64,000 nt of DNA from a bacterium (GCA_963669175.1 OY769902.1:4672001-4736000); one strand, 5' to 3'; numbered from the stretch's first letter, positions 30,950 through 41,592 are shown. Translations and numbers: made by a program. Notes: a model not told the origin generated them from the letters alone.

Positions 30950-31071
30950 TCAGAAAAATCTCTGAGCCAACCCTGCTGGCAGCATACGTAAGCTTTCAAG
31001 GTATTCAGCAGAACGACATGGCAAATCGGCCACCCAGGCTCTCACAAAACCCGACTTGCTCATCATCAGAA

Positions 31072-31932
31072 TCACTTGACAAGAATAACCTTCCGGCTCA
31101 GGCGCTGGTTTCCTGCACGCATCTGTACGAAATACGTGCCTGAACAGAGTTGGTCCGCCTGGAAACTGAACGTGTGCTGTCCCGCGCTTACCATACCATC
31201 CGACAAGGTTGCCACGGTTTCACCCAACAGATTGCGAACTGTTATCTCAACAACCTGAGTCCTGGCAAGAGCAAACTCGATATTTACAGTACTGTTGAAT
31301 GGGTTTGGCCAGGTTTGCAACTCAAAATCATGTATGGTAGACGATTCCTGAGCCTCTACACCTGTCCCGGTGGCTTCGACCTGGAGAAACGGGTGCATGT
31401 CTGCGTCTGGCGACTCTTTCGAATAACATTTACTGAACTTGCTGTTCGACGCAATAATCACCAGGCCATGATTGGTGGTTTCACCGTTCACCCACGATTG
31501 CACCAGGCTGGTAATGTTAATCTCCTGCCAGCCGTTTACGCTAAAAACATAATTCGCCCAGACATTATCCCCATTGGCCACATGCTGGTTTTCCGGCCAG
31601 GAATCCTCACTCCACGCTTCTGTGATATGATAGATTGCAGTGGTGGTGGGATCACCTGAAGGACAACCGAAGAAACGGTACAGGTTCAGCGTAGCGCTTT
31701 CGACTGTCAAACCTTGCAGGGTACTCAGGTCAAACTTCATGATAATGCGCTGGTAGTTACTGGTCGGCGCCCAATCAGCGGTCCACAATTCGCTGGCGGA
31801 ATGTGTTCCGGGATTGTCCGGGTCTGTGTACATGTCATCGCTCGGCGTCAACGTGTAAGTCTCTGCCAGAACAGGAACGGCAAACAACAGCGCGACAACA
31901 GACAATACCAGTATTCTCGTAACGACTTTCAT
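31072..31932 (-). CDS. DNRLRE (CBM96-like) domain protein with a C-terminal PNPFN sorting domain
   Basis: Signal peptide, FDLS..ATLNL..AWSE..ITSLVQSW..NHGL..SKE, then WPNPFN..SGTYFV. Confidence 0.8.
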   Translation of the reverse strand: MKVVTRILVLSVVALLFAVPVLAETYTLTPSDDMYTDPDNPGTHSASELWTADWAPTSNYQRIIMKFDLSTLQGLTVESATLNLYRFFGCPSGDPTTTAIYHITEAWSEDSWPENQHVANGDNVWANYVFSVNGWQEINITSLVQSWVNGETTNHGLVIIASNSKFSKCYSKESPDADMHPFLQVEATGTGVEAQESSTIHDFELQTWPNPFNSTVNIEFALARTQVVEITVRNLLGETVATLSDGMVSAGQHTFSFQADQLCSGTYFVQMRAGNQRLSRKVILVK

Positions 31933-31967
31933 CGCTTATCTCCTTTGCTTGCTTGCAGAGTGTTTTA

Positions 31968-33095
31968 CTATTTGTTCTGCAGTAGCACTTCCATGTCAAT
32001 CTGCATGCGGACAATCAACAACGCCGCATCCTTTTCCTGGTAGTCGGGACAGTCCAGGCATTCTTCGAAATCGATCTTGATCAGCGTATGTTTTTCCTGG
32101 TCGGTAAATAGGGTGACACCACAGGTGTAGTACGTGTAGACATGATCACCATCAGCATTGGATGCCTTATCCCAGGATTGATAACGCAAAAATGGCTGTA
32201 CAAATGGGATTGATTGCCAACCGGTAGTGAAGGTGTAACCGGCTTCAGCATACCACGCTCCCATTTCCAGGTCTTTGGACTCGATATACGTTGTCGTATC
32301 CGAGTTGTTTTCATAATACGTGTTGCTGAAAGGATTGTTGTAAAAACCGGTCAAACCGTAGAATTCACTACGGAGATGCACGTTGAAGTCTTCATAATTG
32401 AAGCCAATGCCCCAACGGTTGCCGCTATCCATCACCGGCTGAAAATCCGGGCCGGGACCGTAGCTCTTGCGAATACTGGCAAAAAAACCACCAATAGCGA
32501 ATCCCTGCAACGGTGTTCTGAACTGAATCCCGATATTCGCGTCATGTTCATTGTCCAGATCTTCCGTAGCGCCACCGAGATACGCAACCTGCGCGCTGAT
32601 ACCCATGTTTTCATCAAACGCATGCTCAATCTCAACCACTCCGCCCATGGGATGACATGGCGCCCAGGTCTTGGAAAAACGAGGCTTCTCCGCGGTTAAT
32701 ACTTCCACACACTCTTCATGGAATTCGAAACCGCGCATGATTTCGCCCTTCTTGATCCCGAATTTCAGCCAGGGGAGGGCTGCGTATAACACAGAAGCAT
32801 CCATCAGGGTGAACTGTCCCCCGGATAAGCAGGTGGCGGAACCAGCACGAAACTCAAACTCCATGTATTGCCCAACACCACCTGTCAATCCAATCGTGGC
32901 ATGACGCAACGAGTACTTGCTGACAGGACCATCCGCATACCCACCAAACGTGTCAAAGGAATCACCATTGAATCGCTGCCCCTGGAGCGTAACATTCGCA
33001 TCCATTTTGGCATCATGCAACTCAAATGACGCTGCATCCCCGCATACCAGGAATAGTCCCACTACAAACAAACATGCTCCCCAAAATCTCAACAT
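31968..33095 (-). CDS. Putative outer-membrane porin-like protein with Cys-containing loops
   Basis: Signal peptide, beta-strand pattern reminiscent of OprO/P-type porins; AGGAGG RBS before ATG 33095. Confidence 0.65.
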   Translation of the reverse strand: MLRFWGACLFVVGLFLVCGDAASFELHDAKMDANVTLQGQRFNGDSFDTFGGYADGPVSKYSLRHATIGLTGGVGQYMEFEFRAGSATCLSGGQFTLMDASVLYAALPWLKFGIKKGEIMRGFEFHEECVEVLTAEKPRFSKTWAPCHPMGGVVEIEHAFDENMGISAQVAYLGGATEDLDNEHDANIGIQFRTPLQGFAIGGFFASIRKSYGPGPDFQPVMDSGNRWGIGFNYEDFNVHLRSEFYGLTGFYNNPFSNTYYENNSDTTTYIESKDLEMGAWYAEAGYTFTTGWQSIPFVQPFLRYQSWDKASNADGDHVYTYYTCGVTLFTDQEKHTLIKIDFEECLDCPDYQEKDAALLIVRMQIDMEVLLQNK

Positions 33096-33472
33096 CCACA
33101 CCTCCTGAAAGTTTACGCATCGGACAGACTTATGTACCGATGTGAAAGAATTGGTACACAAGCCCGCGAAATAGAACACAAAAGGGTCAACAAATACCAC
33201 TATCGAATACGCGATATTTGTTAGTAATAGCTATCGATAATAGTAATTCCTAACATTCAATTACAAGTCCCCGCTCGAGGAGTCCATAGAACAGTATCCC
33301 TTTGTATACCTGCGAATAGATATTAAAAATGAATGTCCTCCTTCCCCTGAATGGCTTTGCGTTACTTCAATTCGGCATTCTATTCTTTGGAAGATCACAC
33401 CTGATTTTGTATACTAACAGGGCGCTTCATTCGGATAGCCATACAAGTTCAAAGGACATCGATACAACTGTC

Positions 33473-34657
33473 ATGCGGATCGTTAAGACTGACACCCTCA
33501 AACCGGGCGACATGCTCGGAAAATCTCTGTTTAACCGGAAAGGCGAGTTGCTGCTTGCTACCGGGTACGAGCTCGATGCGGAGATGATCACACGAGTTCG
33601 TGAATCTGGATTCCGGCATGTATACTTGTGGGATGAGGCGACCAGGGATATCAAACCGGAAGAAGTGATCAGCGATACAACCAGGCAGTTGACGCATGTT
33701 GTCGTGGCCGACCTGGTGCATGAACTGGAAAACGCCGCGGAAGACTTGAAGAAATATGATCCGGTTGACATTCAACGTCAACTTGAGATGGACGACCGTT
33801 TCAAACGTATGATCAAACTTGATGCTGTCCGTAAACAGGTAGTCCAGATACTCGAAGAAATCATTGAGCAACAGATCACCATGTTCACCTCTTTGCCGAT
33901 GAAATCACAGAGTGGACATGAGTATGAACATGCGCTGGACGTTGCAATTTTATCAATCCTGGTGGCGCGTGAATTTAACTATGAGTATCGTGAACTGAAA
34001 GCCATCGCCCTTGCTGCCCTGGTGCATGACCTGGGTAAACAAATATTCACAGATTTGAAGAATAAGAAGGAAAATGAGCTGAATCCTGAAGAGAAGATGA
34101 TCCTGCGTGAACACCCGGTTTATTCCATGCTTTTGTTACAGAATGTCGCCCCGGGCGCTTACCAGGAACATACTGCGGTACTACAGCATCATGAGCAGAT
34201 CAACGGGCGTGGGTATCCCCAGGGGATGCGTGGAACCACCGGCAAACCGATTCAAACGGCCAATCATGATAAAGGCATGATCCACCGTTACGCCCTGATC
34301 CTGGGGCCGGTCAATGCGTATGACAACCTTCTTTCCGGCACGATAGACGGCAAGTACCTGTCCCCGGCGGAAGCTTTGACCAAAGTCCTGGATGGCAGCA
34401 CCGGCGCGTGGAATCCCTTTGTGATAAAGGCAATGTCACGCATCATTCAGTGTTACCCGGTTGGCGCAACGGTGCGTATCTTGAACAACTATACCAAGAC
34501 CTATATCGGGTACACCGGTGTCATTGCGGAGTGCAACACAAAGGAATACCAGAAACCGGTCGTCATCCTGACCAACAACGCCAGTGGTCGCGCCATCCCG
34601 CCACGACGGCACGATTTCAGTCGAGAACTGTTCATGGACCTGGAACTGGTCTTGTAA
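33473..34657 (+). CDS. HD-GYP domain protein
   Basis: LKPGDMLGKSL N-terminus, HALDV, HDLGK, EHP, HHEQINGRGYP, YPVG C-terminal module. Confidence 0.88.
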   Translation: MRIVKTDTLKPGDMLGKSLFNRKGELLLATGYELDAEMITRVRESGFRHVYLWDEATRDIKPEEVISDTTRQLTHVVVADLVHELENAAEDLKKYDPVDIQRQLEMDDRFKRMIKLDAVRKQVVQILEEIIEQQITMFTSLPMKSQSGHEYEHALDVAILSILVAREFNYEYRELKAIALAALVHDLGKQIFTDLKNKKENELNPEEKMILREHPVYSMLLLQNVAPGAYQEHTAVLQHHEQINGRGYPQGMRGTTGKPIQTANHDKGMIHRYALILGPVNAYDNLLSGTIDGKYLSPAEALTKVLDGSTGAWNPFVIKAMSRIIQCYPVGATVRILNNYTKTYIGYTGVIAECNTKEYQKPVVILTNNASGRAIPPRRHDFSRELFMDLELVL

Positions 34658-34660
34658 AAC

Positions 34661-37072
34661 CTACTCTTCCTTCAGCACTCGTGCCGGTTCCTGCCGTGCG
34701 GTATAGAATGTCTGTCCGCTGACCGCCACCAACCCAACCACCAGCATCATTACTGCCGTCAAGGGAAGCAGGTACCAGCCGAACGATACCCGGTAAGCAA
34801 AATCACTCAGCCATCGATCCATCAGGAAGAATCCCAACGGCCACGCCAGCAGGTTGGCGTACAGAACTAGCTTCAGGATATCATATACCATCATCCACCA
34901 GACACGTGAGGTGGTCGCGCCCAAAACCTTGCGAATCCCGATCTCCATGGTCCGTTGTTCCGAGGAGAACTGCGCCAGGGCAAACAGGCCAAGCACAGCG
35001 ATGAACATGGCCAGCAGGGTGAAAGCCTTGAAGATAGTACCAATGCGAACATCATGGTGGTACAGCGTATTAAAGAAACGATCCAGGAAATAGGCGTCAA
35101 TCGGGTTATCCGGAAGCAGTGTTGCCCATTTCTCCTTGATCGCATCAATTGTACCCGTCAAATCGTCCGATTGAATACGAATGAAAAGCCAGTTTGGCGG
35201 CACCTGCTGTATCATCAACGCCAATGGTTCAATTTCGTTGTGCAATGTGTTGAAGTTATAATCCTTTACCAGTCCGATAATATCAACAGTCACATTCTGA
35301 CCGCCGGGGCTGGTATCCAGGATTTCCAACTGCTTTCCGACAGGATCTTCCCATCCCAGTCTTTTCGCGGCAGTCTCGTTGATGATGATGGCGTTGGTAG
35401 AATCGGTAACACGTGCAGGATCGAACGGTCGTCCATCCAGGAGCTCAATATCAAACACATCCAGGTATTCATGCCCGACCCACTGATCCCAGATCATGAA
35501 CTGGCTTTCCTGCGGTGTGCCGGGGATATGGTAGGACTGCGCCCCAACCACCTCGAGGGGAAGTGAAATTCCCGTGGTAGCGTTCTTTACACCGGGTACA
35601 GTATCAAATTCATATTGCAGGCTGAGCATTCGGCTGCGTAGCTGATCTCCACGTAGTTGTACCAGCAGAACGTGCTCCGCTTCGTATCCGAGATCCTTCT
35701 TGCGGATGTAATCCATCTGTGACATCACCACCAGCGCACAGATCAGCAATGTCCCGGAAATGGCGAATTGCAATACAACCAGTGTTTTCCGCAGCATGGC
35801 GCCTTTGCGTCCGCTACGAAATTGGTTACGGATGACATCCATCGGGTTCACCGCACTCAGGTACAGCGAGGGATACAGTCCGGCCAGCAATCCAACCAGT
35901 ATAGCGAAGAACAAAACCAGTACAATCAACAATGGACGATCCAGGAACATGAATGGTATCTGAGCGCGAACCAACTGGCCGAATTGCGGAAGAACGTACC
36001 AGGTGATCACTAAGGCAGGAATCATGGCCATCAATGAGAAAAAGACGGATTCGGTGAGGAAAAAATTGACCATCCTGCGTCGTGACGCTCCAAGAATACG
36101 ACACATCCCGACCAGACGGGATTTCATTACACTGCGAGCTGTTGTCAGGTTGATAAAGTTCAAACAGGCGATGAGCAGAATGAACAGGCCGATTACAAGA
36201 AACTGGATGACCTGGGGACGTGAACCTGACCAGTAGCCATAATGGTCAAACGAACCGGAATCGAGGTATAGATCGCGCAACGGCATCAGCGAGAACTCAA
36301 TATTCCAGCCATTCTGATCCGCTACCTCACCGATATGCTGGTTGATGAGGTCGTTGATCTGCTTCTCTACTTCCGCCTTGTCGTACCCTTTCTGCATCTG
36401 CAAATAAGTGGACCAGCCGATCGATTCAGTCCAGTCAGTCTCATTGATTCCCTGGCTGGACCAGGAACAAAGCATATTAAACGGTGGAAAATGAGTTGGC
36501 TGAATGACATCTTCTACGATCCCGGTTACGGTATAAATCGTTTCCGGGTCGTTATTCATCATGAATTTCTGGCCGAGTGGGTCTTGATCCCCAAAGATCT
36601 TTTTCGCGCTGGATTCACATAGAACGGCGCTGAACGGACGTCGCAATGCATCTTTCGGATCACCTACAACCAGTTTGAAATCGAACACATCAAAAAAGGT
36701 AGAATCGGTGAACAGGACATATTTTTCCTTGTATGTCTGATCATCAACGGTAACCAGGCGGCTGATATTCCAGGGATTTACACGGACATAGTTCTCGACA
36801 GCAGCCAATTCGCGCACCATCGCCGGTCCCATCGCTGCGGAACTGAGCGGGGCAGTCATTTCCTGCCCTTCCCCAAGGGAACCCTTCAAAACAATGATAG
36901 CGGTATCATCGGCGTGTTTATGAAAAGCGTCTTTCATGCCTTCCGTATACACGTACAATCCGATCACAATAACGGAGCTAAAGCCAATGGTCAGGCCGAT
37001 GTAGTTGAGAATCGAGGAAAGCTTGTTCTTGCGCAGATTTCGCCAGAGCAGTTTCCACGTGTCGGGGCCCAT
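34661..37072 (-). CDS. ABC transporter permease (duplicated MacB_PCD/FtsX)
   Basis: ACLNFINLTTA, LAGLYP, LVVLQFAIS, INETAA, EIGIRKVLGA; GAGGTG RBS. Confidence 0.92.
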   Translation of the reverse strand: MGPDTWKLLWRNLRKNKLSSILNYIGLTIGFSSVIVIGLYVYTEGMKDAFHKHADDTAIIVLKGSLGEGQEMTAPLSSAAMGPAMVRELAAVENYVRVNPWNISRLVTVDDQTYKEKYVLFTDSTFFDVFDFKLVVGDPKDALRRPFSAVLCESSAKKIFGDQDPLGQKFMMNNDPETIYTVTGIVEDVIQPTHFPPFNMLCSWSSQGINETDWTESIGWSTYLQMQKGYDKAEVEKQINDLINQHIGEVADQNGWNIEFSLMPLRDLYLDSGSFDHYGYWSGSRPQVIQFLVIGLFILLIACLNFINLTTARSVMKSRLVGMCRILGASRRRMVNFFLTESVFFSLMAMIPALVITWYVLPQFGQLVRAQIPFMFLDRPLLIVLVLFFAILVGLLAGLYPSLYLSAVNPMDVIRNQFRSGRKGAMLRKTLVVLQFAISGTLLICALVVMSQMDYIRKKDLGYEAEHVLLVQLRGDQLRSRMLSLQYEFDTVPGVKNATTGISLPLEVVGAQSYHIPGTPQESQFMIWDQWVGHEYLDVFDIELLDGRPFDPARVTDSTNAIIINETAAKRLGWEDPVGKQLEILDTSPGGQNVTVDIIGLVKDYNFNTLHNEIEPLALMIQQVPPNWLFIRIQSDDLTGTIDAIKEKWATLLPDNPIDAYFLDRFFNTLYHHDVRIGTIFKAFTLLAMFIAVLGLFALAQFSSEQRTMEIGIRKVLGATTSRVWWMMVYDILKLVLYANLLAWPLGFFLMDRWLSDFAYRVSFGWYLLPLTAVMMLVVGLVAVSGQTFYTARQEPARVLKEE

Positions 37073-37160
37073 GATCACCTCTACGTTGCTGCTTGCCGGC
37101 TCACAAAGAAGATACACTTTCAGGAAGTTGAATCCTAGAGGATCAGCGGACTGCGGACTG

Positions 37161-37185
37161 CCCCTGTTTGCTTGTCAAACAGGGG
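37161..37185. repeat. Perfect hairpin in the permease 5' region
   Basis: cccctgtttg-cttgt-caaacagggg. Confidence 0.5.
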
Positions 37186-37343
37186 ACGGTTGGCCCGACC
37201 CGCACGTGATGTTGTTTCCTGTATTGTTTTGCTGGCGTACTCTTGAGAATTTGTCAATTCTGTTGCTGCATTTTTGAGCGCGTCGGGATATCACTTGTGC
37301 TGGAAGAATATCAAAAGGTGACACTCCAAATTCCAATTAGAGT

Positions 37344-37371
37344 AAACCCCGCCGGACAAGCCGGACGGGGC
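37344..37371 (-). terminator. Probable intrinsic terminator of dapF
   Basis: Minus strand ccccgtccgg-cttgt-ccggcgggg followed by TTT. Confidence 0.5.
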
Positions 37372-37418
37372 CAAAACTCAACTTCTTTTCTTTATATCAG
37401 GTTTATATCTCTACCACT

Positions 37419-38285
37419 TCAAATCTCTACTTTCCCTTCAAACACACGCACGGCATCACCTTCCAGTACCGCGGATTTCCAGTCCTGTCCGATGGTTACC
37501 CCAAGCAGCCCACCCGGCATGCGAATCATGATTTGTTCATCAAAGTCATAGCGTCCGGTTTTAACTCCCGCCGCCGCCGCTGCAATCGCTCCACTCCCAC
37601 AGGCCAGTGTCGGGCCGACACCACGTTCCCACACGACCAGCGACATCAGGTTATCCCCTTCCTTACGGGCAAATCCGACATTCACGCCATTGGGGAACAG
37701 GTCTTTATATATCGCCATCCGTGCGCCGATCTCATGCACCAGGTAGCCTTCCCACATCTCCGCGTTGTACAGCACGAAGTGGGGATTGCCAACACCTACA
37801 GCCGTGCCCATTAACGGATTCGGCCAACCGGGAATCTCCACCTCCGCATCAACCGCCTCCGTAGGGTAGTCAATCCCGGCATCACGCGGGTGAAAACTTG
37901 GAATGGGCATCCAGACACGAATCAGGTTGTCTTCTGTAAACGCCGCCTGAACCGGACCGGCCCCGGTCATGATGTTGATACGTTCCATTTCACGTACCGG
38001 CTCACCCAGATCATCAAGGAATCGAACCAGGCAACGCAGGCCATTCCCGCACATCTCCGCCGGGGTGCCGTCCGCGTTGAAATACCCCATGGTATAGGGC
38101 ATCTCCGGATTATCCGATTTGATCGCCAGGATCAGGCCGTCCGCGCCGATGCCATGATGACGGATGCAGAGCTGTTCGATCTTTTCCGGGGTCAGCGCGT
38201 TCCACAACCTGCGGTCATCGGCACGATTGTCCAGCATGATAAAATCGTTACCGGCGCCGTGATATTTATAAAAAGACAAATCCAT
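37419..38285 (-). CDS. dapF: Diaminopimelate epimerase
   Basis: KYHGAGNDF, GIGADG, NADG..EMCGNG, GNPH, WERGVG.TLACGSG. Confidence 0.97.
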   Translation of the reverse strand: MDLSFYKYHGAGNDFIMLDNRADDRRLWNALTPEKIEQLCIRHHGIGADGLILAIKSDNPEMPYTMGYFNADGTPAEMCGNGLRCLVRFLDDLGEPVREMERINIMTGAGPVQAAFTEDNLIRVWMPIPSFHPRDAGIDYPTEAVDAEVEIPGWPNPLMGTAVGVGNPHFVLYNAEMWEGYLVHEIGARMAIYKDLFPNGVNVGFARKEGDNLMSLVVWERGVGPTLACGSGAIAAAAAGVKTGRYDFDEQIMIRMPGGLLGVTIGQDWKSAVLEGDAVRVFEGKVEI

Positions 38286-38353
38286 GTTCGTTGGTTTCCT
38301 TTGTAAAAATGGAAAAGTATTCTTCCTGTTGCGGCTTGCTATTTTCGGACGCC

Positions 38354-38438
38354 TGGCCCGACTGCTTGCTGTCGGGTTGCTGCCAATTCATGTATGAAAC
38401 CTGTTCATTCAGAACCCCGACAGCAAGCAGTCGGGCCA
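38354..38438. repeat. REPIN-like inverted doublet (23-bp arms) related to the 1215 element
   Basis: tggcccgactgcttgctgtcggg (38354-38376) and its exact reverse complement (38416-38438). Confidence 0.8.
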
Positions 38439-38572
38439 AACCTTCTCTTTGGTATTCAAGCTTCTGCAAACGGTTTTATCAACCTCGAAATTGCCTGTTG
38501 CAGATTCCGTCAGGTCTTGCGACTGCGCAGTTTGAAGCAGTTTGAAGACGTGTGACCTGACGGGCGAACTCG

Positions 38573-39343
38573 CTACCCTCTGAACTGCCAGTTATCCCCC
38601 ATCCAGCCCCCGGTAATTTCCAGCACAGTCCCGGTCACATGGCAGGCTTTCTCTGACAGAAGGTACAAAACTCCATCACCGATATCTTCGTATGATCCCG
38701 GGTGCCCCATGGGAAAAGATGGCCCTGCTTCTACTTTGCAGGCTTCTTCACGTGGAATTCCCTTTTTCGTGATATGTCCCGGCGCTACGACATTCACAGT
38801 CACCTGGAAAGGCGCTTCTTCCAGTGCGAGGGTACGCGCCAATGCAACCAGCCCCGCCTTTGCCGCCAGATGGGGGCCATGAAGACGCATGGGGTGGTTG
38901 TCACGCGCTCCAGCCATGCCGAACCCGATAATACGTCCGCTCCTGCGTTCCCGCATATCGGGCAACACTGCTCTTGCGGCTTCGAAAAATGTGGTCAGGT
39001 TCCCACGTAACATCCGGTCAAACTCTTCGGAAGTATGTGCGGTGATCCGTTTTACCACAATCGGTCCGGCAGCATGCACCAGGCCGTAAACCGGACCAAG
39101 TGTGTTACGAATTTCCCTGACACATTTCTCCGCGCTTCCCGGCTCAGCCAGTTCTCCGGCCGTAACGGTAACCTTCCCCCCATTCTCCTGAAGATGCTCC
39201 GCGACCTCTTCGGCACGGTCCCGGTTCGTATGAGCGTGCAAGGCAACTGAGTATCCGGCGTCAACCAGCATGGCCGCGATGCCCGGGCCAAGACCTCCCG
39301 ACGCCCCTGTCAGCCATACCACTCTTTGATTCGGTTGGACCAT
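38573..39343 (-). CDS. Short-chain dehydrogenase/reductase (FabG-like)
   Basis: TGASGGLG, HAAG, HLAAK in place of YxxxK, VNVVAPG, VTG..GG. Confidence 0.9.
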   Translation of the reverse strand: MVQPNQRVVWLTGASGGLGPGIAAMLVDAGYSVALHAHTNRDRAEEVAEHLQENGGKVTVTAGELAEPGSAEKCVREIRNTLGPVYGLVHAAGPIVVKRITAHTSEEFDRMLRGNLTTFFEAARAVLPDMRERRSGRIIGFGMAGARDNHPMRLHGPHLAAKAGLVALARTLALEEAPFQVTVNVVAPGHITKKGIPREEACKVEAGPSFPMGHPGSYEDIGDGVLYLLSEKACHVTGTVLEITGGWMGDNWQFRG

Positions 39344-39496
39344 AGGGAATCCTCCTCAACTTTTCCGCTCACAAGATAAGAACCCCGGAGCGGTTCTACT
39401 CCCTCCACTTGATCTCAAATGCGATGGAGAGCATATTTCCCTCCATCGAAGCTCGCCAACACAAGTCCTGAATTCTACATAGATTGCGAGAGACTT

Positions 39497-41512
39497 ATGC
39501 CTGCCAAAGCAAAGTTTCAGTTTTCCGATGTTGACTATAAGGCCGTCAACACGATTCGTGTCCTTGCAGCCGAAATGGTGCAAAAAGCCAACAGCGGTCA
39601 CCCTGGCATGCCCATGGGATTCGCCATGGTCGGTCATGTCCTGTGGACCCGCTTCCTGCAGTTTAACCCGGACCAACCGTTCTGGGCCGGACGTGACCGG
39701 TTCATCCTGTCCGGCGGTCACGGTTCAGCGTTCCTGTACTCGATGTTGCACCTGTCCGGGTACAACCTGAGCATGGACGACCTGAAAAACTTCCGTCAGT
39801 GGGAAAGCCGTACCCCTGGTCACCCTGAATTTGGCATGACTCCCGGCGTGGAAACAACCACCGGCCCCCTGGGGCAGGGGTTTTCCAACGCCATAGGCAT
39901 GGCTATGGCCCAACGGTATATCAAGGGTCGGTTTGCACTGCGGGGAACATCGGATTTCGACCCGCTGAATCATCACATTTTTGTTGAATTGGGTGATGGT
40001 GATCTTCAGGAAGGTGTCGCCAGCGAGACGGCGTCCATCGCGGGACATCTGAAGCTGGATAACCTGGTCGCCCTGTATGATGACAACCGGATCAGCATTG
40101 ATGGCGGCACGGACGTTTCCTGGTCGGAAGACGTAGCCAGGCGTTTAGAAGCGTATGGCTGGCGTACTATCAAAGCCGACGGCACAGACCCGGAAGCGAT
40201 TTTTGACGCTATCCAGAACGCGCTCGATTCCGATGGTCGTCCAACCATGATCCTTTTCCGCACCCATATCGGTTTCGGTAGTCCCAATAAGCAGGATTCC
40301 GAGAAATCCCACGGCGCGCCGTTGGGTGAAGAAGAAATTGAGCTGACCAAAAAGCAGCTCGGTTGGGACTATCCCCCCTTCACCGTTCCGGAAGAAGTGT
40401 ATGAGTTGTATACGGAAGTAGCGGATCGTGGACGTGAAGCCAACCGTGATTGGGAAGAAAAATTCGCTCAATGGCTGACGGATACCGGTAATCAGACCAT
40501 GTGGGCGCAGTTGATAGAAGGTGATATGCCGGAAGGTTGGGCGGATGGAATGCCCGAGTTTGAAGCGGGCACTCCGGTCGCCACTCGTGGCGCTTCCGGT
40601 AAAGCGCTCAACTTCTTCGCCAATAAACTTCACGCCATCTTCGGCGGTTGTGCGGACCTGGCGGGCTCGGTAAAGACGTATATCAACGGTGAACCGGATT
40701 TCCTGCCCGGGAATCCGTCCGGGAGAAACATTTATTACGGCATCCGTGAGCATGGCATGGGATCTATTGCCAACGGTATCGCGCTTTACGGAACCCTGCG
40801 TCCCTACACCGGCACATTCCTGATATTCAGCGATTACATGCGGCCCCCGATCCGTCTGGCGGCCATGATGGGATTGCCCGTGATCTACGCATTCAGTCAT
40901 GACAGCATCGGAGTAGGCGAAGATGGTCCAACCCACCAGCCGATTGAACAGTACGCCACCCTGCGTGCGGTTCCGAACCTGTGGGTATTCCGTCCCGGTG
41001 ACGCCAACGAGATGGTGCAGGCCTGGAAAATCGCGCTGGAACGTCTTGACGGTCCCTGCGCAATCCTGAGCACTCGCCAAGGCTTGCCCGTGTATAATCG
41101 CACTGTCTTCACGCCGGCCAGCGAAGTTGCCAAAGGCGGGTATATCCTGGCAGATGCGGAAGATGGTGATCCCGAACTGATCCTGATCGCGACCGGCAGC
41201 GAAGTTGGCCTTGCGATGGCAACACGTGAGAAACTGGTCGAAGAAGGCAGGAAAGTCCGTGTCGTCAGTCTCCCCTGCTGGGAGCTGTTTGATGAGCAGG
41301 ATGAAGAGTATCGTCAGAAAGTCCTTCCCCCCACAGTGACCAAGCGGGTTGTTATAGAATGCGGCATCTCGATGGGATGGGAAAACTACGCTGGCGATAA
41401 AGGCTTGATCCTGTCCAAGGAAACCTTCGGGGCATCGGCGCCGGGCAAGGTATTGTTCGAGAAATTCGGCTTCTCTGTGGAAGCTGTTCTGGAAGCGATT
41501 AAGATGATGTAA
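39497..41512 (+). CDS. tkt: Transketolase
   Basis: SGHPG, RDRFILSGGH, TPGHPE, TTGPLGQG, GDGDLQEG, GIREHGM, HDSIGVGEDGPTHQP. Confidence 0.98.
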   Translation: MPAKAKFQFSDVDYKAVNTIRVLAAEMVQKANSGHPGMPMGFAMVGHVLWTRFLQFNPDQPFWAGRDRFILSGGHGSAFLYSMLHLSGYNLSMDDLKNFRQWESRTPGHPEFGMTPGVETTTGPLGQGFSNAIGMAMAQRYIKGRFALRGTSDFDPLNHHIFVELGDGDLQEGVASETASIAGHLKLDNLVALYDDNRISIDGGTDVSWSEDVARRLEAYGWRTIKADGTDPEAIFDAIQNALDSDGRPTMILFRTHIGFGSPNKQDSEKSHGAPLGEEEIELTKKQLGWDYPPFTVPEEVYELYTEVADRGREANRDWEEKFAQWLTDTGNQTMWAQLIEGDMPEGWADGMPEFEAGTPVATRGASGKALNFFANKLHAIFGGCADLAGSVKTYINGEPDFLPGNPSGRNIYYGIREHGMGSIANGIALYGTLRPYTGTFLIFSDYMRPPIRLAAMMGLPVIYAFSHDSIGVGEDGPTHQPIEQYATLRAVPNLWVFRPGDANEMVQAWKIALERLDGPCAILSTRQGLPVYNRTVFTPASEVAKGGYILADAEDGDPELILIATGSEVGLAMATREKLVEEGRKVRVVSLPCWELFDEQDEEYRQKVLPPTVTKRVVIECGISMGWENYAGDKGLILSKETFGASAPGKVLFEKFGFSVEAVLEAIKMM

Positions 41513-41548
41513 CGAGTTGTTCCGTTGTACTTGAGCATGGCACTTACG

Positions 41549-41592
41549 CCCTTTCTGTCGTAGTTTAGTGAAAACGGACAGAAAGGGTTTTT
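41549..41592 (+). terminator. Intrinsic terminator-like hairpin after tkt, abutting the next start codon
   Basis: ccctttctgtc ... gacagaaaggg + TTTTT, then ATG at 41593. Confidence 0.6.

Noticed and set aside
38266-38545. Small ORFs between dapF and the SDR gene
   Set aside because: They run through the REPIN-like inverted repeat, with no RBS or protein-like features.
40145-41080. 311-aa antisense ORF (and similar shadow ORFs such as 23049..23906 and 34955..35566)
   Set aside because: They lie wholly opposite well-supported genes and show no recognisable motifs.
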